Origin: Nitrososphaeraceae archaeon
GTDB taxonomy: Archaea; Thermoproteota; Nitrososphaeria; Nitrososphaerales; Nitrososphaeraceae
Length of the DNA stretch: 24,000 nucleotides
Reading direction: 5' to 3'
Assembly: GCA_019246625.1 (NCBI GenBank)
Contig: JAFAQB010000431.1
Coordinates: 1-24,000, forward strand
This document shows, one piece after another, positions 14,473 to 23,421 of this stretch; the stretch's first letter is position 1, and every line of letters starts with the position of its first letter. Made by a program: the position numbers and the translations under genes. The notes below the pieces were generated by a model. The model made no database searches, was not told the origin of the DNA, and saw only the letters and a list, made by a program, of their open reading frames with translations.

Positions 14473-16206
14473 CTACCTGTGGGTAAATATCGCATTATTA
14501 CTATCATCAATTCTACAGAATCCAAATCTTACGAATTGAATCCTAGTATCTATATTGAGCATTGACACAAATGACTCTGCATATCCTTCACAGATCTCGA
14601 GACTATTTGGATTGTATTTTTCTCCCAGATATAATTCTCTAGTTATCATAACTTTGTAAGGAATTGCGTCACTCTTTGCAACCCATTGGATCTTTGGTAT
14701 GCCTTGTCTTATATTCTCTGGTATAGCAGCAGCAATTAATGCCTTCCTAGTCTGATTAGGCTCAAACTTGATTATCTTTATGTTATATAAATCCATCAGT
14801 CTGATCTCATCATTAATATTGAGTTTCGCCGCATCTTCGGCAGAAATGTAAAATGAGTCTGAAACGGGGACTTTTCTTGTACCAAGATCGTTATTGGGAT
14901 GATTCTTTAGTATTATCTCCTTTGAAGAAACGTTTTGAATCTGCAATTCTACAGGATCCTTAACAAAGAATAATCTCATGCAGTACGAATCAATAATTTT
15001 TCTATTGAATGCTTCAAGGGTTTCAACCGGAGGTTTTGTTTCAGCAAGTGTCAATCCTAATGAAAGAACAAATTTTCTTATTGCATCAGGTAAGAAACCT
15101 TTTCTTTTAATTCCCATCAAAGTTGGGAGACGAGGGTCACTCCAACTTTTAACAATGCCTTTTTCTATCAGTGGCTTTATTTTTCGCTTGGAAATTGGAA
15201 CTCCATTAAATTCTAACCTTGAAAATTCTATCAATAAAGGCTTTCGAAGTCCAAGCCTGTCGAGTATTGCAAAGTATAATGCATTTCGTAATTCATACTC
15301 CTTTGTTCGCATTGCATGTGTTACCCCATCAATGCTATCTTCGACCGGCGCTGCGAAATCATAAGTTGGCCACAATCGAATTTTATTACCAATTTTTGGA
15401 TGCTCGCCATCTATTATCCTAAAAAGGGTAGGGTCTCTCATTGCAGTATTTTGGTTCGACATGTCTCCCTTAAATCTAATAACTGCGGCATTATGCTCAA
15501 AAGATCCATCAAACATTTTTTTTAATCGATCCAAAGCCACGTTCAAATCATTTCGACATTCGCATGGAAGTCCTCTTGCCCTAAGATCATGAATTGTTTT
15601 CTGATTACAAGTGCAAACATATGCCCCGCCAGAAAGGATCAATTTTTTACCATACTCATGTAACAATTGGATATCGTCAGAACTATTTTTTACGATATCC
15701 GGTCTTATTCCGAGCCATTCCAAGCCTTCACTAATTGCTTCATAGTATTCCAATTTTTCATTTAATGGGTTTGTATCGTCAAAGCGTAAAATAAATTTTC
15801 CATTATACATGTGTGCATATTCCTCATCAATGATGGCTGCCTTAGCATGCCCTATATGAGGATATCCGCTTGGCTCTGGTGGAAATCTTGTAACCACATT
15901 TCCTATCTCAGCGCCTTGTAATGGAGGTAAGGGTGCCTGGGAGCTTTCAGCGATTTTCTTTTTTTGAGATTCTCCAGGTGCGGCCTGCTCGAGCAATGCT
16001 TTTTGGTCTGCTAAGGAGAGCGAATTAATTTTCTGTACTGTTTCTGTAATTTTAGGAATTAGATTCTTCAAATTACTTCGAAGATCTGGTCTAGATCCTA
16101 TGACTTTTGCAATAACTGTGTCAACTCGCGATTTTCCTTTATATTCAAGTGCATTTTTCAATACAGTAACTTTGATGATTTTTTCAGTATCTTCGTTAAA
16201 AGCCAC
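14473..16206 (-). CDS. gltX: Glutamyl-tRNA synthetase, archaeal type
   Basis: 577 aa. The class I HIGH motif is PEPSGYPHIGHAKAA and the KMSKS-like motif is VPISKRK. It has the N-terminal helical domain typical of archaeal GluRS. The GTG start is 1 nt after the upstream stop. Confidence 0.9.
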   Translation of the reverse strand: MAFNEDTEKIIKVTVLKNALEYKGKSRVDTVIAKVIGSRPDLRSNLKNLIPKITETVQKINSLSLADQKALLEQAAPGESQKKKIAESSQAPLPPLQGAEIGNVVTRFPPEPSGYPHIGHAKAAIIDEEYAHMYNGKFILRFDDTNPLNEKLEYYEAISEGLEWLGIRPDIVKNSSDDIQLLHEYGKKLILSGGAYVCTCNQKTIHDLRARGLPCECRNDLNVALDRLKKMFDGSFEHNAAVIRFKGDMSNQNTAMRDPTLFRIIDGEHPKIGNKIRLWPTYDFAAPVEDSIDGVTHAMRTKEYELRNALYFAILDRLGLRKPLLIEFSRLEFNGVPISKRKIKPLIEKGIVKSWSDPRLPTLMGIKRKGFLPDAIRKFVLSLGLTLAETKPPVETLEAFNRKIIDSYCMRLFFVKDPVELQIQNVSSKEIILKNHPNNDLGTRKVPVSDSFYISAEDAAKLNINDEIRLMDLYNIKIIKFEPNQTRKALIAAAIPENIRQGIPKIQWVAKSDAIPYKVMITRELYLGEKYNPNSLEICEGYAESFVSMLNIDTRIQFVRFGFCRIDDSNNAIFTHR

Positions 16207-16207
16207 A

Positions 16208-17215
16208 TTACATGCTCCTTTCTACTATAAAATTGGCAGAAGATTCTAGTGCCTTCTTAGCATCTGAATCATCGTAGTTTTCAATTGATTTTATTGCTCT
16301 GTATATGTGTGCTTTTGCAGCATCTCTTACATGTTGATCTATGCCAATGGCAGAAATCGTTTTGGCTGCTTCCTCTAAATCAATACTTGAGGCATCTTTC
16401 GATCTAAATACTTTTAGGATCTTGTCCTTATTTTCACCTTTTGCATAGTTTAATGCGAGAAGGATTGGGTATGTATTTTTACCTTCTCTTATGTCATTTC
16501 CCACTGCCTTGCCAGTAATTTTCGGATCTCCTGTTATTCCGATTAAATCATCAATTAATTGAAATGCAATACCTACATTCCTTCCAAATGATGAAAGGTT
16601 TTCAACATCTTGTACACTGGGATCTTTGGAGGATAATACGCCCAGCGCACAAGAAACCTCAAAAAGAGCCGCAGTCTTCTTGCCAATCATGTTAATATAT
16701 TGAGATTCATGTGAAAGTATTCTGTTTGATGCCATGTTGACATCAGCAGCCTGGCCTTCACATACATATATGCATGCAGTTGAGAGCTTTGTAACCATTT
16801 CAGATATCGCTTTTTCTGCGAGCCCTACTTCTCTACCATTTACAGCTAATAGTTGAAATGCCTTAGAAAATAAAATGTCTCCTGCAAGAATGGCGAGCGG
16901 GGTACCATAATATTTGTGAACAGTTGGAACGCTGTGGCGCATATCATCATTATCCATTATGTCATCATGAACAAGAGAGAAATTGTGAACCATTTCAACA
17001 GCTGCAGCTGCCGGTAATGCTCTTTTAGAGCTTCCACCAAACATTTCGCATGATTTAACTACCATGAAAGGCCGTAACCGTTTGCCACCGCTTATGATAT
17101 AATGCGCTGATGCCTGGTAAAGTTGCTTTGGCTCTCCTTCTAAAATTGAGAGAATGAATTCTTTTATATCACAAGCATTAGATTCAAGTTCATCTCTAAT
17201 ACTACTTGTCTTCAT
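16208..17215 (-). CDS. idsA: Geranylgeranyl diphosphate synthase (trans-polyprenyl synthetase)
   Basis: The first Asp-rich motif is LVHDDIMDNDDMRH and the second is FQLIDDLIGITGD. I prefer the ATG at 17215, which forms an ATGA overlap with the idi2 stop. The track start TTG at 17221 is the alternative. Confidence 0.9.
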   Translation of the reverse strand: MKTSSIRDELESNACDIKEFILSILEGEPKQLYQASAHYIISGGKRLRPFMVVKSCEMFGGSSKRALPAAAAVEMVHNFSLVHDDIMDNDDMRHSVPTVHKYYGTPLAILAGDILFSKAFQLLAVNGREVGLAEKAISEMVTKLSTACIYVCEGQAADVNMASNRILSHESQYINMIGKKTAALFEVSCALGVLSSKDPSVQDVENLSSFGRNVGIAFQLIDDLIGITGDPKITGKAVGNDIREGKNTYPILLALNYAKGENKDKILKVFRSKDASSIDLEEAAKTISAIGIDQHVRDAAKAHIYRAIKSIENYDDSDAKKALESSANFIVERSM

Positions 17216-18303
17216 CCACAATTAACCCTCTCTGCTAAATCTCCTGTCAATATATATCTTGAGTTTTCCAGTGCTGGAATGTTTTCTGCGCCTAGCAGAA
17301 ACATTGTACTTCTAAGTTCGGCGAGAATAATGTCAGTAAACTTAAACAAACTTTCTTTGGATTCTGCAGCCTTTATTAAAAATGGATAGGCCATAGCACA
17401 CATACCTGCACCCAGTGCAATACATTTTGCAACTTCTAATCCGTTGCGCAATCCACCAGAAGCGATAAGAGGTAGTTTCACTGCCTTTTTTACTTCAATT
17501 AGGCTTAATGCAGTGGGGATACCCCAATCCCAAAACATCTCGCCTAGATGAATTTTAAGGTCGTCATTTGCTGTCTCTGCTCGCAATTTTTCAACTGCTG
17601 CCCAGCTGGTTCCGCCGGCACCTGCTACATTAATTGCAGATATGCCAGCCATCTCTAAGTTTATAGCGACTTCTTTAGAAATTCCTGCACCTACTTCCTT
17701 TACAATTATGGGAACATCGAGTTTTTTCACTAGTTCAGAAATTTTCTCAAGAACTCCTTTGTAATTTGGTTCTCCTTCTGGCTGAACAAGTTCTTGTAAT
17801 GGATTAAGGTGAACTATAAGAGCATTGGCTTGTATCATCTTTATAATTTCTTTTATGCTCTCAACTGTAAGCCCTTTGCCAAGTTGTGCTCCACCAATAT
17901 TTGCCATAAGAAATGCAGTAGGCGCGTTTTTTCTTGCTACAGAATATGTTTCAGCTAATTCCCCGCTTTCTAGACCTGCTCTCTGACTTCCCACACCCAT
18001 GGCAAATTCATACTTTTCTGCAAGTTCAGCCAATCTTCCATTGATATTAATTGCTTCAGGAGTTCCACCAGTCATAGAGTCAATAATAATCGGTGCAGAA
18101 AATTTGTGCTTCATAAAAGTAGTTGAGGTATTAATATCATCGTAGTTAAGTTCGGGTAAGGCATTATGGATAAATTTAACGTATTCTAAATAGTTTGATG
18201 TCGTCTTGGCTTGAACATTTTGTTTCAAAGGTATATCAATGCCCTCTTTCTTACGTTGTTTTATGATTTCAATATCTGATGGCGAACTAAATGTGTCAAT
18301 CAA
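17212..18303 (-). CDS. fni: Isopentenyl-diphosphate delta-isomerase, type 2 (FMN-dependent)
   Basis: 363 aa. Family blocks are QRKKE near the N-terminus, SAPIIIDSMTGG, AMGVGSQR and ASGGLRNGLEVAKCIALGA. The TTG start is 1 nt after the ipk stop. Confidence 0.9.
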   Translation of the reverse strand: MIDTFSSPSDIEIIKQRKKEGIDIPLKQNVQAKTTSNYLEYVKFIHNALPELNYDDINTSTTFMKHKFSAPIIIDSMTGGTPEAININGRLAELAEKYEFAMGVGSQRAGLESGELAETYSVARKNAPTAFLMANIGGAQLGKGLTVESIKEIIKMIQANALIVHLNPLQELVQPEGEPNYKGVLEKISELVKKLDVPIIVKEVGAGISKEVAINLEMAGISAINVAGAGGTSWAAVEKLRAETANDDLKIHLGEMFWDWGIPTALSLIEVKKAVKLPLIASGGLRNGLEVAKCIALGAGMCAMAYPFLIKAAESKESLFKFTDIILAELRSTMFLLGAENIPALENSRYILTGDLAERVNCG

Positions 18304-18304
18304 A

Positions 18305-19078
18305 CTATTTACTACTCCTCAATCCTTTTAGCACTGTACCTTCAAATTCAGTATTAGTTATAGCATTTGCAATTCTTTCAGGCTTTAACCCATTTATCAT
18401 AAATACATCCATTCCACTGCCACATATCTTTAGTGCTTCTGTCACTTTTCTTCGCATACCGCCTGTAACATCTTGTACTACCTTTGAAAAATTGATGGAG
18501 TTGTTAATGTTATCTAATTCTTTGAGAACTTCTTTCTTATTCATGTCCTTATAAATTCCATCAACGTTAAGCGTAAAAATGACTTTCGATGGTCTTAAAG
18601 TTTTGGAAAGGATCGACATCAAGGCATCTCCAGATACGATTGAATATGTTCTATTTCTTATGTGGACAATATCTCCAAATGTTATTGGAATTATGCTGTC
18701 TTCTGCAATGGATTGAAGTTCCTTAATTTTTTTAGCAATTGGTTTATGAGCTAATGTAAAATTTGAAGGCATAATTGCATAAGGGTTCATCCCCACTTTA
18801 ATCATGGAATTAACTATAACTTGGTTTAATGCAATCATTGATTCATGTACTACTGAGATGCCATGTGGATCATATTGATCGGGCCTTGTATGCATATTGT
18901 ATTTTATAGACAAATGATGTCCAAATGAACCACCGCCATGGACTATTATGAGTGGTATTTTCAGGGAGGCAAGAATACGTGAAATATTGTTAATTGCTTC
19001 AAAATTGGCAGTAAGTGGTTTTTCTTTGAAGGTAATTACCGATCCCCCTAGCTTGATCAATATAAGATTACGTACCAT
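18305..19078 (-). CDS. ipk: Isopentenyl phosphate kinase
   Basis: 257 aa of the amino-acid-kinase fold. Motifs are LIKLGGSVITFKEKP, IVHGGGSFGH and DVTGGM. It sits between mvk and idi2, as in archaeal mevalonate clusters. Confidence 0.9.
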   Translation of the reverse strand: MVRNLILIKLGGSVITFKEKPLTANFEAINNISRILASLKIPLIIVHGGGSFGHHLSIKYNMHTRPDQYDPHGISVVHESMIALNQVIVNSMIKVGMNPYAIMPSNFTLAHKPIAKKIKELQSIAEDSIIPITFGDIVHIRNRTYSIVSGDALMSILSKTLRPSKVIFTLNVDGIYKDMNKKEVLKELDNINNSINFSKVVQDVTGGMRRKVTEALKICGSGMDVFMINGLKPERIANAITNTEFEGTVLKGLRSSK

Positions 19079-19114
19079 CTTCTAAAAAGTCATGATTCTA
19101 AGTGGATTTAAAGT

Positions 19115-20092
19115 TTAGTATATTACTAATCCATCATAGTCAATCTTCACTGGTACGCATTCATAGCTATTTCTCTCAATTTCAGAAGTTAACTTTATTT
19201 TATCTTCCTTTGGAGTAAGCACGACCATACTTCCACCTCCGCCTGCACCGGTAAGTTTTACTCCTAAAGCACCATTTTTAAAACAAATTCTTACTATCTG
19301 GTCATTTTTTTTATGAGATACTCTGATCTGCTGTAGTAGTGTATGATTTTCATTCATCAATTTGCCGAGTTTTTTCTCATCGCCAATATTGATTGCAGTT
19401 AAAGCATCTTGACAAATATTATCCGCACAGGAAGATAAGTCTTTAAACAATGATCTATTATCATTCTTGAATTTTTTTACAGAAGAAACTAGATCTCCAG
19501 TACGATGCTTGATCCCAGTATTTACAATGATCAAAGACAAATCTCTTGTTGTTTCAATTGTTTTGAATCCTTTGATTTTGCTATAATATATTAAACCTCC
19601 GAATGTCGAAATGTAACAATCTCCTCCAGAAGAGTCTTTGTGGACTGTCTGTTCTGATTCAATTGCTTTTGAGCACACCCACAGTTTATCTGGTTTGTGA
19701 AAGAGTGAATCTACTGCAGCTACCGTGGCAACACAACACGCTGCAGAAGATCCTAGTCCAACTCCATGTGGTACTTCTGACACTACATTAATATCTATTC
19801 CTAAATTTTGTTTTCTTTCTGAAAGAACATTAACTGCAGACTTGTAGACTGGATCGAGGATTTCTTTTGTATTCTTCCCGCCTTTTATTAAGTTAAACTT
19901 TGAATCTGTATACGATCCTATAATTCCCAAATTTGATGTAATATTGATTGTTTGCGTTTTATTCAAAAAGACAGCGACATGAATACGCCTGTTAATTGCT
20001 GCCATAATTGCATGACTGCCGTATACAACAAAATGTTCACCAAACAAAATAATTTTTGCTGGTGCAGATGCCTTTGCTGAGGTTTTCCTCAT
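19115..20092 (-). CDS. mvk: Mevalonate kinase
   Basis: GHMP kinase with the motifs APAKIILFGEHFVVYG, PHGVGLGSSAACCVA and KLTGAGGGGSMV. I prefer the ATG at 20092, 2 nt after the upstream TGA. A GTG at 20098 (GTGA overlap) is the alternative. Confidence 0.9.
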   Translation of the reverse strand: MRKTSAKASAPAKIILFGEHFVVYGSHAIMAAINRRIHVAVFLNKTQTINITSNLGIIGSYTDSKFNLIKGGKNTKEILDPVYKSAVNVLSERKQNLGIDINVVSEVPHGVGLGSSAACCVATVAAVDSLFHKPDKLWVCSKAIESEQTVHKDSSGGDCYISTFGGLIYYSKIKGFKTIETTRDLSLIIVNTGIKHRTGDLVSSVKKFKNDNRSLFKDLSSCADNICQDALTAINIGDEKKLGKLMNENHTLLQQIRVSHKKNDQIVRICFKNGALGVKLTGAGGGGSMVVLTPKEDKIKLTSEIERNSYECVPVKIDYDGLVIY

Positions 20093-20094
20093 AA

Positions 20095-20943
20095 TCACAC
20101 AAATATAATTGATGAGTACCCTACAACGGCATTCATATCTCCTGTAACATTGCCGCTTGTAGCATATTTTAGTAATTCACCTTTTGTTGCTCCTAAATCC
20201 TTTACTGCTTCCATTGTTGATGCAATTGCACCATAGCCACAAGCGGATACATCAAATCTCTCCAATACTGAATAAAACTTCTGAATATCTAAAGATAAAA
20301 TTGCCTTTATTAATTCACCATCCTTTCTATATGCTTCGCTATTTGATTCATAGTGAGTAAAATCTGAGGATGCAATAAGTAATGTTTTAGAATTTGCTGT
20401 GGTCTGAGCTATGGATTTGCCTATGTTTATTGCAGTCTCTCGATCTTGTAATATTAACACAATTGGTATAATCTTAAACTCATTTCTCTTGATATATTGA
20501 AGAAAAGGAATTTGAACTTCTAGACAATGATCCCTACTGTGTGCGAAATCGTCAAAATCAACTATACCAGAATATCTTGAGATTTCTGATGCTAAAGATG
20601 GATTGATTTCGATTTGACCTAGCGGTGTTTCCCAAAGTCCATTATGCATTATAGCTACCCCAGCGCCAATTCCATAATGGTTAGGACCTATCATCACTAC
20701 ATTATCGAAATCTATCGATGATATTTCATAATATCCATTTGCAGCAACGGCACCAGAATAGACATATCCTGCATGAGGCGAAACAATACCATAAATTCTT
20801 CGTTTAGAGCCAGATGGCGGCATTCTACCTGGACCAAAATTTAGATCTCTAAATGATTGTTCAATTAGTTGTTTAAGTTCTAATGGTTCACTTGGATAGA
20901 AAATCCCAGCTACAACTGAAGTCCTTTTAGGACTATTGTTCAA
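20095..20943 (-). CDS. Memo-like protein (AmmeMemoRadiSam system protein B family)
   Basis: 282 aa. Motifs are VAGIFYP, GIVSPHAGYVYSG, HSRDHCLEVQIPFLQ, ASSDFTHY and ACGYG. The TTG start forms a TTGA overlap with the rps2 stop. Confidence 0.85.
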   Translation of the reverse strand: MNNSPKRTSVVAGIFYPSEPLELKQLIEQSFRDLNFGPGRMPPSGSKRRIYGIVSPHAGYVYSGAVAANGYYEISSIDFDNVVMIGPNHYGIGAGVAIMHNGLWETPLGQIEINPSLASEISRYSGIVDFDDFAHSRDHCLEVQIPFLQYIKRNEFKIIPIVLILQDRETAINIGKSIAQTTANSKTLLIASSDFTHYESNSEAYRKDGELIKAILSLDIQKFYSVLERFDVSACGYGAIASTMEAVKDLGATKGELLKYATSGNVTGDMNAVVGYSSIIFV

Positions 20944-21668
20944 GATATTTCCTCGACTAACTTTGTTTCAAATTCATCAATTGATGTTCTCATTTCGCTG
21001 TCAGATTTAATTGTGCCTTGTTTCTTCAATACCTCTCTTGCAAGAAGCCAATAGACAGTAGCAAGAGCTTTTCGTCCTCTGTTATTTGCAGGAATTACTA
21101 AATCGACTCTTGACGTCACATTGTCGCTATTAGCAATTGCAATCACTGGAACACCTGCTCTTGTTGCCTCTAATACTGCCTGTTGATCTGCTTGCGGGTC
21201 AGTAACAATTACGATTTCAGGTTCCATGTATTTTGGCAATGATGGGTTTGTGAATGTGCCTGGCATAAAGCGTCCAAAAATACTCATTGCACCTGTGAGT
21301 TCGCAAAATTTTTCTACAGGTGTTTTACCATATTCTCGTGCAGATGCTACCGCAACCTTTGAGATATTGGCACGGCCAATGAATTTGGCTGCGACATCGA
21401 TTTTTGCTAACGTTTTACTAATATCAAGAATGTACAAACCTTCTGGATTAGCTCGGACAATAAATGGTGTCATATATTTTGTTTTGACTGGAGTACCCAC
21501 ACGAATACCAGTAGAAAGAATCATTTTTTCTAAATTGTTACTCTCTAACACACTGTCACCTTCTTGCATTTCTGCGGAAGACGACTCCTCATTTGATGTA
21601 ACGTTATTGGGTTCGTCTTCGTTTATAGCATCCAAATCAGCATCTTGAACCCCTTTATCTTCACTCAT
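20940..21668 (-). CDS. rps2: 30S ribosomal protein S2 (uS2) with an acidic N-terminal extension
   Basis: 242 aa. The conserved core starts near GIRVGTPVKTKYMTPFIVRANPEGLYILDI and includes VTDPQADQQAVLEA and GVPVIAIANSD. The ATG lies 1 nt after the eno stop. Confidence 0.9.
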   Translation of the reverse strand: MSEDKGVQDADLDAINEDEPNNVTSNEESSSAEMQEGDSVLESNNLEKMILSTGIRVGTPVKTKYMTPFIVRANPEGLYILDISKTLAKIDVAAKFIGRANISKVAVASAREYGKTPVEKFCELTGAMSIFGRFMPGTFTNPSLPKYMEPEIVIVTDPQADQQAVLEATRAGVPVIAIANSDNVTSRVDLVIPANNRGRKALATVYWLLAREVLKKQGTIKSDSEMRTSIDEFETKLVEEIS

Positions 21669-21669
21669 G

Positions 21670-22917
21670 TTACGCAGTGGACAGATCAGCCATGCCTTCT
21701 ATTAAATCATACTCTCTAAGACGTAAAAGTTCGTTTAACTTCGCTATGCGCTCACCACCAATGACTCCTGACTTTAACATTTTAGAATCAGTAGCAATTG
21801 CAATATGTGCAATATGTGCATCAGAAGATTCGCCGGATCTATGTGATGTTATAATTTTGATATTGTTTATGGTACACGCATCAGCAAATTTCATGGAATC
21901 ATAAAGAGTTCCTGTTTGGTTGACCTTCAAAATTGCACCGCTGCATGATTTTGACCTTGCTGCTTCTTTGACTCTACTTGTATTGGTGACTAATATATCA
22001 TCACCAGTAACGAGGCATTTTGGATTCCTTTTGGTTATGGCGGCCATACTTTCGAAGTCCTCCTCATGGACTGGATCTTCTAGATAAATAAGATTATATT
22101 TTTTAATTAGATCGTTGGCAAAATCAATTTGCTCTTGGGTGTTTCGTTTTATTCCCTGCCTAACATACCCATACTCCTTCTTCTTTTCATTCCAAAGGGA
22201 AGAGCTTGCCAAATCAATTCCTAGCGATATTTCTTTACCTAGCGAAAAACCACAATTTTTAATAGCTTTGTCTATAAGTTCTAATGCCTGATCGTTATTT
22301 ACATTCGGAGCCCATGCGCCTTCGTCTCCTCGACCGTATGTGAAGCGTTTATCAATAGATTCAATAACTTTGCCAAGTTCTTTATGCATCTCAAAATTTA
22401 TTTCCAATGCTTCTATGATACTTTCAGCTCCGATAGGGCATACCAGAAATTCTTGTATGTCTGGAGTACCCGGCCCGGCATGAGCACCGCCACCTAATAT
22501 ATTCCCAAGAGGGAACGGAAATTTATAAGGTTTTCTTGGTTTTAATAATTTGAAGATAGGCACATCTAATGACTTTGCTGCAGAATCAATAGCTGCAATG
22601 CTCAAGGCATAAGCAATGGCGCCGCCAATTTTGGTGTACCTTTCAGTGTTATCAATAGATCTTAATACATCAAAAATTATCTTTGGATCTGCTGGGTCTA
22701 GTCCTATGAACTTTTTGGAATTTGTGGTGAATAATTCTAGTGCTTTTTTTGGATTATCATCAGGAAAACTCTGAGCTTCTTGCTTTCCTACACTTGCGCC
22801 AGATGGTGCAGAGGCTCTGCCAAAGAACTTTTTATCGGTGATGACATCTATCTCTATGGTTTTACTTCCTCTGCTGTTATAAACAATTCTGCCTTTAATA
22901 GCCGTAATTGAAGGCAT
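21670..22917 (-). CDS. eno: Enolase
   Basis: 415 aa. The N-terminus reads IVYNSRGSKTIEIDVITDKKFFGRASAPSGASVGKQEA. Other blocks are LEDPVHEEDF, LKVNQTGTL and SHRSGESSD. Confidence 0.95.
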   Translation of the reverse strand: MPSITAIKGRIVYNSRGSKTIEIDVITDKKFFGRASAPSGASVGKQEAQSFPDDNPKKALELFTTNSKKFIGLDPADPKIIFDVLRSIDNTERYTKIGGAIAYALSIAAIDSAAKSLDVPIFKLLKPRKPYKFPFPLGNILGGGAHAGPGTPDIQEFLVCPIGAESIIEALEINFEMHKELGKVIESIDKRFTYGRGDEGAWAPNVNNDQALELIDKAIKNCGFSLGKEISLGIDLASSSLWNEKKKEYGYVRQGIKRNTQEQIDFANDLIKKYNLIYLEDPVHEEDFESMAAITKRNPKCLVTGDDILVTNTSRVKEAARSKSCSGAILKVNQTGTLYDSMKFADACTINNIKIITSHRSGESSDAHIAHIAIATDSKMLKSGVIGGERIAKLNELLRLREYDLIEGMADLSTA

Positions 22918-22925
22918 CTATTTTC

Positions 22926-23162
22926 TTATTCTATGTCTGACTGGATTTCAGACATTCTTCGCCTTAAAGCTTCATAATAAGGAATTACTTGGTATATGGT
23001 CTCCACGCTTGAGGTAAACATTCTTCTACAGCAATAGCGCTTCATATTTAACGAATCCATTATCTTTGCTGGATCCTCGCCAGCTTTTACTCTGTTTGAA
23101 AACTCTGTATGCTTACTTGCAATTAAGTTTCCGCACGTGAAGCATCGTACTGGTATTAACAT
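22926..23162 (-). CDS. rpoN: DNA-directed RNA polymerase subunit N (Rpb10 homologue)
   Basis: 78 aa. [14 protein letters not shown] ... RYCCRRMF is the Rpb10/RpoN zinc-bundle signature. Confidence 0.9.
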   Translation of the reverse strand: MLIPVRCFTCGNLIASKHTEFSNRVKAGEDPAKIMDSLNMKRYCCRRMFTSSVETIYQVIPYYEALRRRMSEIQSDIE

Positions 23163-23187
23163 TCTGCTTTAGAGGATTTAGAGTCCC

Positions 23188-23194
23188 TATAAAA
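23188..23194 (-). promoter_or_regulatory. TATA-like box upstream of rpoN (candidate promoter of the long minus-strand gene string)
   Basis: The minus strand reads GTTTTATAGGGACTCTAAATCCTCTAAAGCAGA-ATG. There are 25 nt between TTTTATA and the ATG, which fits an archaeal TATA box and a leaderless or very short-leader mRNA. No SD-like sequence is present. Confidence 0.3.
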
Positions 23195-23336
23195 CTATTA
23201 CGATTATAAACTTCTGCTACTGGCTCATTTGTAGTGATGAATAATAGAGTATTTGCTTATTTGTTTTTACAGGGATTGTGTGATCCTCCTGTTCCATAAT
23301 ATTCAAATTACTGCTATGGGCGCACTTATCAGCGAA

Positions 23337-23421
23337 GCGGGAGTCGCCCAGCTTGGCCAAAGGCGTAAGACTGAGGCTCTTATCCCTCAGGGGTTCGTGG
23401 GTTCAAATCCCACCTCCCGCA
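23337..23421 (+). tRNA. tRNA-Leu (anticodon GAG), class II with a long variable arm
   Basis: Hand-folded, 85 nt. The acceptor stem is GCGGGAG/CUCCCGC with discriminator A. The anticodon arm is UAAGA-CUGAGGC-UCUUA and the T arm is GUGGG-UUCAAAU-CCCAC. It has a long variable arm, no intron and no encoded CCA. It explains away ORF 23253..23447. Confidence 0.9.

Noticed and set aside
13826-15525. + strand ORFs 13826..14011, 14978..15364, 15219..15422 and 15316..15525
   Set aside because: All lie inside FAH or gltX on the opposite strand, and they mutually overlap in different frames.
18291-21904. + strand ORFs 18291..18554, 19603..19791, 21226..21648 (140 aa) and 21677..21904
   Set aside because: They are antisense to ipk, mvk, rps2 and eno, all of which have unambiguous motifs. 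The 140-aa length is notable, but its sequence is S/L/F/I-rich with no recognisable domain.
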